A stretch of DNA of 64,000 bases from an uncultured delta proteobacterium (GTDB taxonomy: Bacteria; Desulfobacterota; Binatia; UBA9968): the NCBI GenBank assembly GCA_963745835.1, contig CAVUZH010000022.1, positions 96,001 to 160,000 on the forward strand, in the 5' to 3' direction. Positions 38,937-49,634 of this stretch are shown here, one piece after another. The notes beneath the pieces are model-generated. The model was not told the origin of the DNA and did no database searches. It worked only from the letters and a program-made list of their open reading frames with translations. Every line of letters starts with the position of its first letter. Positions within the stretch are counted from its first letter, which is position 1. The position numbers and the translations under genes are program-made.

Positions 38937-40325
38937 ATGCCGAGAGATATGCGCAGTTGGATTATGCAGTTGGAAGAAGCGGGCGAGCTCATCCGTATCG
39001 CCAAGCCTGTGCATCCGCACACGCAAATGGGCGCGCTGTTATATCAGTCGCGTGAAAGAGGGTTGCTGTTCGAAAACGTCGACGGCTTTCCGGGATGGCG
39101 CAGCCTGGGCATGGCCCCCGCCAACTTGCGCCACGCGGCGATTGCCTTCGATACCAGCATTGAAAAATTAATTCCCACCGCCGCCGAAAGAACTCTCAAA
39201 CGACGCCCCGTCGAGCTGGTCTCAACCGGTCCTGTCAAGGAAGTCATCCTGAAGGGCGATCAAGTCGATCTGACGAAGTTGCCGGCGCATGTAGCAGGCA
39301 GTGAAGAGACTCCCTACATCGCATCCGGATTGATGGTTGCGCGGGATCCGGACAGCGGCATCCGCAACGTCGCGTTCCACCGGTTGCAGATCAAAGGGCC
39401 GAGAAAAACCGGAGCTTTGATCGTACCGCGGCACACCCGCGAGATTCTCAACAAGCACGAGGCGCGCAATCAGCCGATGCCCGTTTCTATTTTTATCGGC
39501 CATCATCCGCTTTACTACATGGCGGCGGCGAGCACCGGCGCGTTCGAAATGGATGAGCTGGAATTGGCCGGCGGCTTGATCGGCGAATCCGCCAGGGTGG
39601 TGAAATGCGAGACCAACGATCTCGAAGTGCCGTTCGACGCGGAGATCGTTCTTGAAGGACGCATTTTGCCAAACGTGCGCGAAGACGAGGGGCCTTTCTC
39701 CGAATTCCATGATTATTACGTCGCCGGCATGGGCAAAAATCCGGTGATCGAAATCGATTGCATCACCAGACGCCACGATGCAATCTTCAAAGCGATCCAG
39801 AATGGCTCGGAGGTCGAAGGCTGCATCTTTCACAAAGTTCCTTTCGGCGTCGCGGTCTACAATCACATCAAAAACATCGGCGGCTATGTCAATTTGCACA
39901 ATCTTCTGGTGCTACCCGGCTTGTTCGGCATCGTCGTGCAAATGACGCCGCGCTTCTACGGCGAGGCGAAGCAAATTTTAATGGGGGTTCTGTCGAGTCC
40001 AATCCTGCACCCGAAGGTGGCCATCGCGGTCGATGAAGACGTCAATATTTTCAATTACTGGGAAGTTCTCTGGGCGGTCAATACGCGCTGCAACCCGCAA
40101 GACGACATCATCGTCATTCCCGGAACTCGCATTCACCCGATGGATCCGACCGGTGTCGAGCCCGTGCCGCCGGGAGGACCTTACTGGCACCGGGTCGGCG
40201 GCAAAGTAATCATCGACGCCACCAAGCCGCCGCTTTGCGCCGGCGAACAGGCGCGCCAACCTTTTCAGCGGCTAAAACCCATGGGATGGGAAACAGTTCG
40301 TCTGGAAGATTTCTTGCCCGGATAG
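38937..40325 (+). CDS. UbiD-family (prFMN-dependent) decarboxylase
   Basis: RNVAFHRLQ, AEIVLEG, EGPFSEFHDYY, VDEDV, IIDATKP. Confidence 0.93.
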   Translation: MPRDMRSWIMQLEEAGELIRIAKPVHPHTQMGALLYQSRERGLLFENVDGFPGWRSLGMAPANLRHAAIAFDTSIEKLIPTAAERTLKRRPVELVSTGPVKEVILKGDQVDLTKLPAHVAGSEETPYIASGLMVARDPDSGIRNVAFHRLQIKGPRKTGALIVPRHTREILNKHEARNQPMPVSIFIGHHPLYYMAAASTGAFEMDELELAGGLIGESARVVKCETNDLEVPFDAEIVLEGRILPNVREDEGPFSEFHDYYVAGMGKNPVIEIDCITRRHDAIFKAIQNGSEVEGCIFHKVPFGVAVYNHIKNIGGYVNLHNLLVLPGLFGIVVQMTPRFYGEAKQILMGVLSSPILHPKVAIAVDEDVNIFNYWEVLWAVNTRCNPQDDIIVIPGTRIHPMDPTGVEPVPPGGPYWHRVGGKVIIDATKPPLCAGEQARQPFQRLKPMGWETVRLEDFLPG

Positions 40326-40356
40326 ATACTATGCGGCGATTGTATGCGCGATTGGG

Positions 40357-40746
40357 CTACGTTCTGTCAGCTTCCGAACCTTTTGCGAAACGCGTTGTGT
40401 TGATCACCGCCCGGCCGTGCGTGCCATCGCCGATCTTGACGTTTTGATCGTTGGTCGCCGATACCGTATAACGCAGCTTGTTGCCTTTAACTTCGCGAAG
40501 CTCGGCAGTGACCGTAACGCTCTGGCCGATATTCGTCGGTGCTAGATGCCTGACATCGACGTGAATTCCGACTGTCTGTTCATTTTCTTCCAGGTAAGGC
40601 TCGGTCAATTCAACGCAAGTTCTTTCCATGAGGCCGATCATCGCCGGGGTTGAGAAAACGTCGCGAGGGAGTTGTCGCGCCCGCATCTCCAGCGTTGTTA
40701 AGTAGATTGCTGTACGGGATAGACCCGGGCTCAGTTGGCTTTTCAT
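40357..40746 (-). CDS. FlK-like hotdog thioesterase
   Basis: VFSTPAMIGLME, TVGIHVDVRHLAPT, GTHGRAVI. Confidence 0.88.
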   Translation of the reverse strand: MKSQLSPGLSRTAIYLTTLEMRARQLPRDVFSTPAMIGLMERTCVELTEPYLEENEQTVGIHVDVRHLAPTNIGQSVTVTAELREVKGNKLRYTVSATNDQNVKIGDGTHGRAVINTTRFAKGSEADRT

Positions 40747-40884
40747 TCCAGCAATATAACATGCGAGCGGCTCACGGGTAGCCATCGGGCACGTCAAGTC
40801 TCTAACCAAGGGGCGCAGGTGTTTGCGCTCCAATTTTTCGGCTCGAGTTTTGCGGCCCTGAGAAAATATTGATAATAACGGGTT

Positions 40885-41142
40885 ATGGGTCCGGCGGAAA
40901 AGATCACTGTCGTCCTACGCAACGGCAGCTCGACTCTAACCACCAACGAGTTTGAAGTATTTGATAACGTTTGTAATCAGACTCTCGGAACATTCACCTT
41001 GAAAGGTGGCGAGTCCAGATCCATTGACATCTCTCAGGATGATACCGGCAAGGGCCACTTCAAGATCCGGAACCTGGATCTCGGCCCGAACGATTGGCTG
41101 GAGGTTCCTTCCGTCAGTCGCGGAGATATCGTCACAGCTTAG
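40885..41142 (+). CDS. Small hypothetical beta-rich protein
   Basis: 85-aa ORF with coding-like composition, no recognised family. Confidence 0.55.
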   Translation: MGPAEKITVVLRNGSSTLTTNEFEVFDNVCNQTLGTFTLKGGESRSIDISQDDTGKGHFKIRNLDLGPNDWLEVPSVSRGDIVTA

Positions 41143-41282
41143 CCGCGATCATCACCTGCCGCAGATACCGGCATCCAATATTCTCTACTTGCGTTCCGTA
41201 AGGTTGAAACCCCGACTTCCTTGCTTGGTCATAGCCAAGCAGCGCATAGTACGATACCAGCCGCGAGAATCGTTGAGCTGCA

Positions 41283-41894
41283 ATGCTGTTAAGTGAATTC
41301 TTTACTTGTCCCATTCCATACTCGATCAGTCTTCTCTACACTCTTTTCGTATGCGTTCTCGTGCCGGCGTATTGGCGGCAATACGGTCCGGCAAATTTTC
41401 TTTGGTTTTCCGACCTTGCTCTGTTTATCGGGTTGGCGGCTCTATGGCTAGAAAGTTCGTTGCTGGCGAGCATGCAAGCAGTCTCGGTGCTCCTGCTGGA
41501 GCTAGTATGGAATATCGATTTCTTTGCCCGCCTGATTACCGGCAAACAGATTCTCGGGCTTGCCGAGTATATGTTCAAATCCGATAAGCAGCTCTGGCTG
41601 CGCGGGTTGTCGTTGTTTCATGTTCCTCTGCCAATAATTTTGCTTTGGCAGGTTTGCTGTTTCGGATACGACACCCGGGCCTGGATCGCCCAAACGAGTC
41701 TGTTCTGGCTGGTGATGCCAATATGTTTTTTCTTCACTCGACCGGAAGAAAATATCAATTGGGTGTTCGGACCAGGAAATCTGCCGCAAAGAAAAATGCC
41801 CGCCGGAGTCTACTTGATATTGCTGCTAATTGGCGCCCCGCTGTTCATTTATCTGCCGACGCACCTTCTTCTGAGCGCGTTAATGCCCAGATAA
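41283..41894 (+). CDS. Conserved integral membrane protein
   Basis: YGPANFLWFSD, LSLFH, ENINWVFG, YLPTH; multiple TM segments. Confidence 0.8.
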   Translation: MLLSEFFTCPIPYSISLLYTLFVCVLVPAYWRQYGPANFLWFSDLALFIGLAALWLESSLLASMQAVSVLLLELVWNIDFFARLITGKQILGLAEYMFKSDKQLWLRGLSLFHVPLPIILLWQVCCFGYDTRAWIAQTSLFWLVMPICFFFTRPEENINWVFGPGNLPQRKMPAGVYLILLLIGAPLFIYLPTHLLLSALMPR

Positions 41895-41977
41895 TAAGTT
41901 GCCGCTCAATGCTGATAATCCGCCGATAGTTGGCGCGGCGATTCTACAGTTAACGCGGCGATTCTACAGGTAAATTG

Positions 41978-43228
41978 TTAGAGCTGTTCCTTGAGCGGAA
42001 TCGTGAAGAGTTCGAGGAATTTCTCGCGCCACGGACGAGCCTTCCAGGCTTCGTAGGTCAATTTTTTTGAATACTTTAAATCATCGGCAAACGCCTTCTC
42101 GAGCTCGCCGGCAACAACGTGATCGTACGCGATTAGATTGATTTCCTCGTTCAGAGCAAATGAACGGTTGTCGAGGTTGGTGGTGCCGACATGCGCCCAG
42201 ACCCCGTCGACCACCATGGTTTTGGCGTGCATCAACGCCGCCTGATATTCGTAGATTTGAATACCACCGAGCAGCAGAGGCTCGAATCCCCTGCGACTAG
42301 CCCAATACACCAGCTTATGGTCGATTTTCCCCGGCGTTAGCACGACCACCGACACTCCCCTCTTCACTGCGTCCAAAAGCGCTTCTTGCATGCGCTCGTC
42401 GGGTAAAAAATACGGGTTCGACAGATGAATGCTTTTGCGCGCCGACGAGATCGAGAGCAGCAACAGCATGTACGATTCGTAGGTGCCGCCGAGAGGCGAG
42501 CTTTTAACGATCTGCGCGTTGACCTTGCCCACCGGTTTCAGCGCCGGGAAATAAAGATCACCGCCGAGGATATGGCCGGTCGTATCGCGCCAACTCTCCA
42601 CGAACGCGGCCTGCAGTTGTTGGACAATCGGCCCTTCGACCCGGACATCGGTATCGCGCCATTTTTCGTCCGTGCGCCCGTCCCCGGTCCATTCTTCGGC
42701 CACGCCGTGACCACCGGTAAAACCCAGGATGCCGTCGATCACCAGAATGCGCCGGTGATTGCGATAATTGTAATTCAACAGCTCCCATGGGGTGATGAAT
42801 TGAAATAATCTGACACGTCGAAACCATTCGAGTTGACAGCCGGCATCGGTCAAAAGCTGGGGAATGTCTTTGGGGATCTTGCCGCCACCATGTGAATCGA
42901 GCAGAAGTTTCACGGTCAGGCCGGCGCGGCAACGCTCGGCAAATGCCGCGGCAAGCTCATACGCAATGGCGCCGTCTTGATAAAGATACTGGGCATAGGT
43001 GATCGACTTGCGCGCGCCGCGGATCGCTTTGAGCATGGCTGGGAAAGTTTGCTCGCCGTTGAGCAGGACGTCGATCTTATTGCCGCCGATGATGGGCGCG
43101 TCGGTATGCGCGGCGATGGTTGGGAAGAAAGTTGCTTCGCCAACGATCATCGGGTCGATTTTGGTGACCGGAGTAGGTCCCGCACAACCCAGAAGCAACA
43201 TCAAAGTCAGGAACAGAATACGGATCAT
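41978..43228 (-). CDS. Cardiolipin synthase-like phospholipase D (ClsB-like) lipoprotein
   Basis: NHRRILVIDG and MHAKTMVVDG motifs, NPYFLP, NLDNRSFALN; lipobox LLGC. Confidence 0.88.
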   Translation of the reverse strand: MIRILFLTLMLLLGCAGPTPVTKIDPMIVGEATFFPTIAAHTDAPIIGGNKIDVLLNGEQTFPAMLKAIRGARKSITYAQYLYQDGAIAYELAAAFAERCRAGLTVKLLLDSHGGGKIPKDIPQLLTDAGCQLEWFRRVRLFQFITPWELLNYNYRNHRRILVIDGILGFTGGHGVAEEWTGDGRTDEKWRDTDVRVEGPIVQQLQAAFVESWRDTTGHILGGDLYFPALKPVGKVNAQIVKSSPLGGTYESYMLLLLSISSARKSIHLSNPYFLPDERMQEALLDAVKRGVSVVVLTPGKIDHKLVYWASRRGFEPLLLGGIQIYEYQAALMHAKTMVVDGVWAHVGTTNLDNRSFALNEEINLIAYDHVVAGELEKAFADDLKYSKKLTYEAWKARPWREKFLELFTIPLKEQL

Positions 43229-43898
43229 CTACATTAAAGGTAACAATTTCTGTAAAGAGCAACAAGTAGCTCCGGCGAGTGTCATCCATAGGCATCTCCG
43301 TTTTGTAGCTGCGATTTTCAAGCCTTTGATACAAAATGTAGCGTTGTACCAGTTGTATCGGCATCACGGCTGGACAACCCGCAAGCCCCAGCTCAAATAG
43401 AAGTAGCCGGAGATTAGATGGCCGGTTGGTTGCATTTCAGCCGAACGCCTACTCTGCCAAGCACAATTCGGCTTCCAGAGAATACAGAAGCAAACATTTG
43501 CTTGTAGCCTTGTCAGGGTCAAGTTTTTTACCGCTAATAACGCGATACTGTCAGCCAGGCACACGGGGTGGCGCTCGGAAGCGAAAAATCAACTTATCGG
43601 AGCGGTGAGACCGGAGATAGCCGCGATCTGATCTGCCACTCGCTGCTTGTAAGCGCAGCTGGCAAGAATCAGCACGTGCTCTCGCCAACTCTCTGGGAAG
43701 TCCAGGCAAGTCCCGCTGCAAATATAACCATCGCCTTTCTTGACATTGGTTGCCGCCATTCCTACTGTTGATAGAGTAGCTGCGTTGCGAGTGGTGTGAC
43801 AATGACAAGGGGCGTTGCACGCCGAATCGGACTCACCGACGGATGAGCCTTCACTTCGCTACTAGGGTGCCCCTTAGTTGTTGGAGGCAGCGATTAAA

Positions 43899-44333
43899 AT
43901 GGCTGAACGTGATGATTGGGATTTATTCATATGGTCTCGAGCGAACGATCTGCTCCACCGAGCAGAGCGGATCCAGCGCAACTTCATACAGATTGCCGCG
44001 GCGACCCAATATCGGTCATCTCAGAGTCGCGCTCCGAGCTGGGAGCCTCCAGTCAACGTTATCGAAACCGATGAAAGCCTCTGGGTGATCTCTGCCATTC
44101 CCGGAGTATCGTCGGACCAGGTACAAGTGCGAATCGAGGCCAACGAACTGGTGGTCACCGGTCATCGGCCTCTGCCCAAGTGTTGCAACGACGGGGATCT
44201 AAAAATATGGGAAATTCCGCTCGGTCATTTCGAGCGGCGTCTCAGGGTAATAGCAGGCGAAACCCCGTTCATTCTCGGCGAGATCACATTGAAGGAAGGC
44301 CTGCTGATTATTCAGCTAAGGAAACATTCATGA
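43899..44333 (+). CDS. Hsp20/alpha-crystallin family protein
   Basis: WEPPVNVIET, IPGV, EIPLGHFERRL, EGLLIIQLRK. Confidence 0.88.
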   Translation: MAERDDWDLFIWSRANDLLHRAERIQRNFIQIAAATQYRSSQSRAPSWEPPVNVIETDESLWVISAIPGVSSDQVQVRIEANELVVTGHRPLPKCCNDGDLKIWEIPLGHFERRLRVIAGETPFILGEITLKEGLLIIQLRKHS

Positions 44334-46741
44334 AAGCTGAACCGGCGGAAACTCCTAAGTCCAAGCCTCGGATAAACATCCCGGAAGGGGCAATGGTCAT
44401 TTTGCCGCTGCGCAACGCCGTACTCTTTCCGTCGACGATCATGCCGCTCGTGGTCGGTCGCCCGGCCAGTCTGCAAGCTATTGAAGAGACGGTGCGACAA
44501 CAGCTGCCGGTCGGTTTTGTCGGTCAACGAGACCCGGCAGTGGAAAACCCGACGCCTCAAGACCTGTACAACATCGGCACGGCAGCAGAAATACTCAGAA
44601 TGTTCAGCCTGCCGGATGGGCAGCGGCAAATCATTGCCCAAGGCCGGCGCCGCTTCGAAATAGCCGAGTTTCTCCAAGTCGATCCGTTGCTGATCGCGCG
44701 GATCACAATGGTAGAAGAGACGATCCCACAGACCAAACAGTTCGAGGCCAGAATCGTTAATCTGCGTCAAGAAGCGTCGAGAGCGCTGTCTTTGCTGCCC
44801 GAACCGATGAACGAGTTGAGAACGACCATTGAGAGGATCGAAGATCCTTTGATGTTGATCGATATGATCGCCTCGACACTCGACATACCAACGGCTGAGA
44901 AGCAGGAGCTACTCGCAACTCTCGACCCGGTAACCCGCGCTCAAAGAGTTTCAGAAAAATTGGCGCGCCAAATCGAAGTCCTGGAACTGAGCAAGAAAAT
45001 CAGCGAAGAGACCAAGGACTCGATGACCAAGGCGCAGCGCCAGTACTTTCTCCGTGAGCAGCTAAAGGCGATTCAAAAAGAGCTTGGTGAAGAGGACGGT
45101 AAAGGCGTCGAGGCGGAGGATCTGCGCCAGAAAATTTTTGATGCGAAGATGCCTCCGGAAGTGGAAAAGGAAGCGCTTAATGAACTGAATCGATTGCAGC
45201 GCATGCCGGAGGGCGGCCCCGAGTACGGTTCGCTGCGCACCTACTTCGACTGGTTGGTCGAACTACCCTGGAGTGTTCTCACCAAGGAAGAGATCGATCT
45301 GCCCAAGGCGCGTGAGATTCTCGATGCCGATCATTATGACCTCGAGAAGGTAAAAAAACGGATCGTCGAATTTCTTGCGGTCCGCAAGCTCATGCCCGAG
45401 GGAAAAAGTCCGATCCTGTGTTTAGTCGGACCTCCGGGAGTTGGAAAAACATCTCTCGGACAAAGTATCGCGCGAGCGATGAATCGCAAATTCGTGCGCC
45501 AAAGCTTGGGCGGCGTGCATGACGAGGCGGATATCCGGGGCCATCGCCGCACCTACATCGGTTCACTGCCGGGCAACATCATCCAAGGCATTAGAAAAGC
45601 GGGCAGCAGAAATCCGGTCTTTATGCTGGACGAAATCGATAAGCTCAGCGCCAGCTTCCACGGCGATCCTTCGGCGGCACTGCTGGAAGTTCTGGATCCA
45701 TCGCAAAACAACAGCTTTCAGGATCACTATCTCGGCGTGCCCTTCGATCTGAGCCAGGTCCTATTCATAGCCACGGCAAACGTCCTCGATACCATTCCCG
45801 GCCCGCTCCGCGATCGCATGGAAATCCTCGAAGTGCCCGGTTACATCGAGGACGACAAATTAGCCATTGCCAAGGGCTTTCTCATCCCAAGACAGACGGT
45901 GGAGAACGGACTTAAGCCAGAACAGATTCTTTTCACTGATGAGGCGATCCGGGAAATTATCAGGTCGTACACTCGAGAGGCCGGCGTCCGCCAACTCGAG
46001 CGCGAGTTGGGCGCTGTGTGCAGGAGCGTGGCGACCCGCGTTGCCGAAGGTCATACCGAGCCGATCACCATTGATGCCGAATCGATCGTCAATTATCTCG
46101 GCCAGAAGAAATTCTTTAACGAGATCGCGCTGCGCACCAGCTTACCGGGAGTGGCGACCGGTTTGGCCTGGACACCTGTAGGCGGTGATATCTTGTTTGT
46201 CGAAGCGACCAAAATGCCGGGAGAGGGTCGGTTGATTTTGACCGGCCAGCTGGGGGAGGTGATGAAGGAAAGCGCGCAGGCCGCGTTGAGTCTGGTCAAA
46301 TCACGCGCCGAAGCGCTGGGCATCGACCCGGAGGTGTTTCGAAAGAACGATCTGCATATCCACCTTCCCGCTGGCGCAATCCCCAAAGACGGTCCCAGCG
46401 CCGGTACTACGCTCTTTGTCGCTCTGGTTTCACTGTTGACCGGACGCCGAGTTAGCAAAGACGTTGCCATGACCGGCGAGATCAGCCTGCGCGGTCTCGT
46501 CCTGCCGGTCGGAGGAATCAGGGAAAAGATGCTGGCCGCCAAACGCGCCGGGATCACACACGCCTTGCTGCCCGAGCTGAACCAGAGGGATATCGAAGAG
46601 ATTCCGGCGGCAGCACGCGCCGGGATGCGCTTTGAATTTCTAAAAACCGTCGACGACGCCTTGTTGCTTGCGTTGGAATCCAACGGCGCGAGCAGCGGCT
46701 TCGATGCCCCTGATAGGCCCGCCGCCGACGCTATATCCTGA
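44330..46741 (+). CDS. lon: ATP-dependent Lon protease
   Basis: LPLRNAVLFP, GPPGVGKTS, GHRRTYIG, LDEIDK, PKDGPSAG; ATGA overlap with hsp20. Confidence 0.96.
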   Translation: MKAEPAETPKSKPRINIPEGAMVILPLRNAVLFPSTIMPLVVGRPASLQAIEETVRQQLPVGFVGQRDPAVENPTPQDLYNIGTAAEILRMFSLPDGQRQIIAQGRRRFEIAEFLQVDPLLIARITMVEETIPQTKQFEARIVNLRQEASRALSLLPEPMNELRTTIERIEDPLMLIDMIASTLDIPTAEKQELLATLDPVTRAQRVSEKLARQIEVLELSKKISEETKDSMTKAQRQYFLREQLKAIQKELGEEDGKGVEAEDLRQKIFDAKMPPEVEKEALNELNRLQRMPEGGPEYGSLRTYFDWLVELPWSVLTKEEIDLPKAREILDADHYDLEKVKKRIVEFLAVRKLMPEGKSPILCLVGPPGVGKTSLGQSIARAMNRKFVRQSLGGVHDEADIRGHRRTYIGSLPGNIIQGIRKAGSRNPVFMLDEIDKLSASFHGDPSAALLEVLDPSQNNSFQDHYLGVPFDLSQVLFIATANVLDTIPGPLRDRMEILEVPGYIEDDKLAIAKGFLIPRQTVENGLKPEQILFTDEAIREIIRSYTREAGVRQLERELGAVCRSVATRVAEGHTEPITIDAESIVNYLGQKKFFNEIALRTSLPGVATGLAWTPVGGDILFVEATKMPGEGRLILTGQLGEVMKESAQAALSLVKSRAEALGIDPEVFRKNDLHIHLPAGAIPKDGPSAGTTLFVALVSLLTGRRVSKDVAMTGEISLRGLVLPVGGIREKMLAAKRAGITHALLPELNQRDIEEIPAAARAGMRFEFLKTVDDALLLALESNGASSGFDAPDRPAADAIS

Positions 46742-46858
46742 CGGCGCTCGACTCCTGTCGAGTTGACCGAACGCAAGGCCCAATTTGGATTGCTGAAGTG
46801 TCAGAGCTTCGCTGGGGATTTCACCCGCTACAAGGAGTTTAGGTAATCCCTTCCACGG

Positions 46859-46966
46859 TCGAATATCTATTCGGCAGGCTACTGCCGGCGGCTCAATCCT
46901 GAACTGCGTATCATCAGCCGCATCACGCTCGAGAAAAATATCGAAGCTTTCTATCGCGCCGAGGAC
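46859..46966 (+). pseudogene. Fragment of TrkA-N/RCK domain protein
   Basis: NIYSAGYCRRLNPELRIISRITLEKNIEAFYRA with no start or context. Confidence 0.55.
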
Positions 46967-47185
46967 GAATCCACCGCCTCGAGATGAAATTCGAAAGAGC
47001 CGGACCAACGGAATTGGCAGCGAAAGTTCAAGGTCGCGAGTCCAAGGCAAGTTCTTGCGCGACTCACCTACCCTGGTAAAAAACTTACGGATTACTGAAC
47101 TGAAAGATATTCGCAACCGACGCTAGATCGTCAATCATTTGTAACCACCAGGACCCAACACTTTAGCAACACCAAGGAGGAATCG

Positions 47186-48196
47186 ATGCACAAAAAACTA
47201 CGTCTGTTACTAGCACTGTTGACTGCTGCGTTGACCGCTGCGCCGACTTATGCGCAGGAGCCAAATCTCGTCCAAGCCGGAAAAAAAGAAGGTAAAGTTA
47301 CAGTATACGGATCGCTGGAGACCGACAGCGCGGAGGCTGTTTTCAAGGTCTTCAGGCAAAAGACCGGCATCGAGCTCGAGTACTGGAGAGCGTCATCGAC
47401 CAAAGTGATGGATCGGGCTCTGACCGAGTATCGCGCCGGCAAACCGGGCTTCGATGTGATTCTGACCAACGACAATCCGATGCAGATCATGTCGAGAGAA
47501 GGAATCTTTGCAAATTACGAATCGCCTTCGGCCAAAGAATTTACCAAGGAATCGATCGATCCCAAACTGGGCCCTCGCTACCGCAACGTCATGATCGGGA
47601 TTCTTTACAACAAGAGCATTATCAAACCTGGCGACGCGCCAAAGTCACTCGAAGATCTACTTAAGCCGCAATACAGGGGCAAGCTGGTAATGGCCGATCC
47701 GACCCAGCACACGACCACGACTCAGTGGGTCGCGAGCCTGGAAAAATTGCTGGGCAAGGAGAAGGCCGAGAAATTCACCCGCGACTTGGCCGCAACCAAA
47801 CCGATCATGGTCGAGTCCCTGTTGCCGGCAGCGGAGCGCGTGGCCAGCGGCGAGACACCGGTCGGCATCACCTATGTTAAATACGTTCATACCTTCGGCG
47901 AGAGAGGCGCGCCGATCGATTACGTGAGGCTCGGCAAGATGATGGGCGACGGCCACTATCTAACGCTTGGCAATAAGGCGCCGCACCCGAACGCAGGCAA
48001 GGCTTTTATCGACAGCTTCCTCGGCGCGGAAAGCATGACGATCCTCGCCAAGCAAGGCGAATTCGTTAATCGCAAGGGGATTTATCCGCCGATTGCCGAT
48101 GCGGAAAAAATTCAGTTCGTCGAAATGCACGATCTCGACTCGAAGGCGTTTGCCCAGAAGAAAAAAGAGTATCAAGAAATTTTTCTACGCAAGTGA
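47186..48196 (+). CDS. ABC transporter extracellular solute-binding protein (Fe3+/polyamine-type)
   Basis: GKKEGKVTVYGS, APKSLEDLL, APHPNAGKAFID; RBS AAGGAGG. Confidence 0.92.
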   Translation: MHKKLRLLLALLTAALTAAPTYAQEPNLVQAGKKEGKVTVYGSLETDSAEAVFKVFRQKTGIELEYWRASSTKVMDRALTEYRAGKPGFDVILTNDNPMQIMSREGIFANYESPSAKEFTKESIDPKLGPRYRNVMIGILYNKSIIKPGDAPKSLEDLLKPQYRGKLVMADPTQHTTTTQWVASLEKLLGKEKAEKFTRDLAATKPIMVESLLPAAERVASGETPVGITYVKYVHTFGERGAPIDYVRLGKMMGDGHYLTLGNKAPHPNAGKAFIDSFLGAESMTILAKQGEFVNRKGIYPPIADAEKIQFVEMHDLDSKAFAQKKKEYQEIFLRK

Positions 48197-48274
48197 TCTG
48201 ACCCGGCACCCAGGCTGTCGGTTAGTAGAGCGGCGGAATTCGGCAACAGCATCCAAGCATCGTTAGCTGATTAT

Positions 48275-48308
48275 AAACGAGGCGGTCACTCCAGTGACCG
48301 CCTCGTTT
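48275..48308. terminator. Hairpin terminator between convergent genes
   Basis: AAACGAGGCGGTCAC-TCCA-GTGACCGCCTCGTTT perfect 15-bp stem. Confidence 0.8.
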
Positions 48309-48338
48309 AGCTTCTGCCTCTGTCATCGCAAGCGAACT

Positions 48339-49361
48339 CTAAGCAGCCGCCTCCATCTGTTTATTATAGCTGCCGCTGCGAGCCGCGCTGTTGCATTTTG
48401 CCCGGTGGTAGAAAATTTTCTGCGCCGCGCCGATATTGCCTGGATCGCCTTTCCACGCTTTCAAAGCCGGGTCCTGGAGGGCCCGCGCATAAGAGAACGT
48501 AACCTCCCAAGGAAGCGGTCCCATGGCGTTCATGGCATTGAGATGTTCGGTAGCGCTCTCCGCGCTCTGTCCGCCTGACAAAAAAGCGATGCCCGGAACC
48601 GCTGCCGGGACGGTGCGCTTCAGGCAACGAATCGTGCGCTCGGCAACTTCTTCAACACTGGCTTTCTTAGGAGAGTCCTTTCCTGGAACCACCATGCTCG
48701 GCTTGAGAATCATTCCTTCGAGGTAAACCCGCTGCAGAAAAAGCTGCGTGAAAGTGACCTTTAACGTATGCTCCGTCACCTCCTGAGCCCGTTCGATGGT
48801 GTGGGAGCCGTCGAGCAACACTTCCGGTTCGACAATCGGAACAATGCCGGCTTCCTGGCACAGCGCCGCATACCGGGCTAGCGCCTCGGCGTTGAGCTCC
48901 AGGCAGGTATAAGTCGGTATCGCGTCGCCGATCGAGATCACCGCGCGCCATTTGGCGAATTTGGCGCCGAGTTCCTTGTACTCCTTCAGCCGCGCGCGTA
49001 GTCCGTCCAATCCTTCGGTGACAACTTCCCCGGGAAAATTAGGAATGTCCACCGGACCTTTATCGACTTTGATGCCGGGCATGATGCCTTTCTTGGACAG
49101 CAATTGCGCGAACGGCGTCCCATCGCTGGCCTTCGTGCGCAGTGTTTCATCGAAGAGAATCACGCCGCTAATCGCTTCCTCGATGCCTTTGGTGGTAAAC
49201 AACATCTCGCGATAGGCGCGGCGGTTATCTTCGTTGGATTCAATTTTGATGCTGTCAAAGCGGCGCTTGATGGTTCCCATACTTTCATCGGCAGCCAATA
49301 TCCCCTTGCCTTTTGCCACCATACCTCGAGCAACGGTTTCCAGTTCCTGTGTGTTGACCAT
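48339..49361 (-). CDS. Class I fructose-bisphosphate aldolase (eukaryote-like type)
   Basis: GKGILAADES, GIKVDKG, FAKWRAV, VPIVEPEV, LKPSMV, FLSGGQS, FSYARALQ. Confidence 0.96.
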   Translation of the reverse strand: MVNTQELETVARGMVAKGKGILAADESMGTIKRRFDSIKIESNEDNRRAYREMLFTTKGIEEAISGVILFDETLRTKASDGTPFAQLLSKKGIMPGIKVDKGPVDIPNFPGEVVTEGLDGLRARLKEYKELGAKFAKWRAVISIGDAIPTYTCLELNAEALARYAALCQEAGIVPIVEPEVLLDGSHTIERAQEVTEHTLKVTFTQLFLQRVYLEGMILKPSMVVPGKDSPKKASVEEVAERTIRCLKRTVPAAVPGIAFLSGGQSAESATEHLNAMNAMGPLPWEVTFSYARALQDPALKAWKGDPGNIGAAQKIFYHRAKCNSAARSGSYNKQMEAAA

Positions 49362-49634
49362 GATCGACGTGCCTCCTTTGACTAGAGCTTAGAAGTTCGT
49401 GTGACTCTTAAATGAACCATTATCAATTTGCACTCCATTTTACATTGTGAACGGGGCATGGCAAGCGGCGTAATATTCGTGTTCGTGATTGTGGGATCGT
49501 ATTCGTGGTAGAGGCCAACGACGAAAGTGGAGCTACGTAAAACCCGAGACGCAGAACTTAATTTTGCTAACACAAAGTAATCACGTTTCTTCTCCCAACA
49601 CGAGCACGGTAGTTCTCCGATCACGAACACGTCT

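Noticed and set aside
41934-41969. Tandem CGCGGCGATTCTACAG duplication
   Set aside because: Only two copies between convergent genes; likely local slippage
44180-44329. 50-aa N-terminal extension of Lon in the ORF track
   Set aside because: Overlaps hsp20; the ATGA-coupled start at 44330 is more plausible
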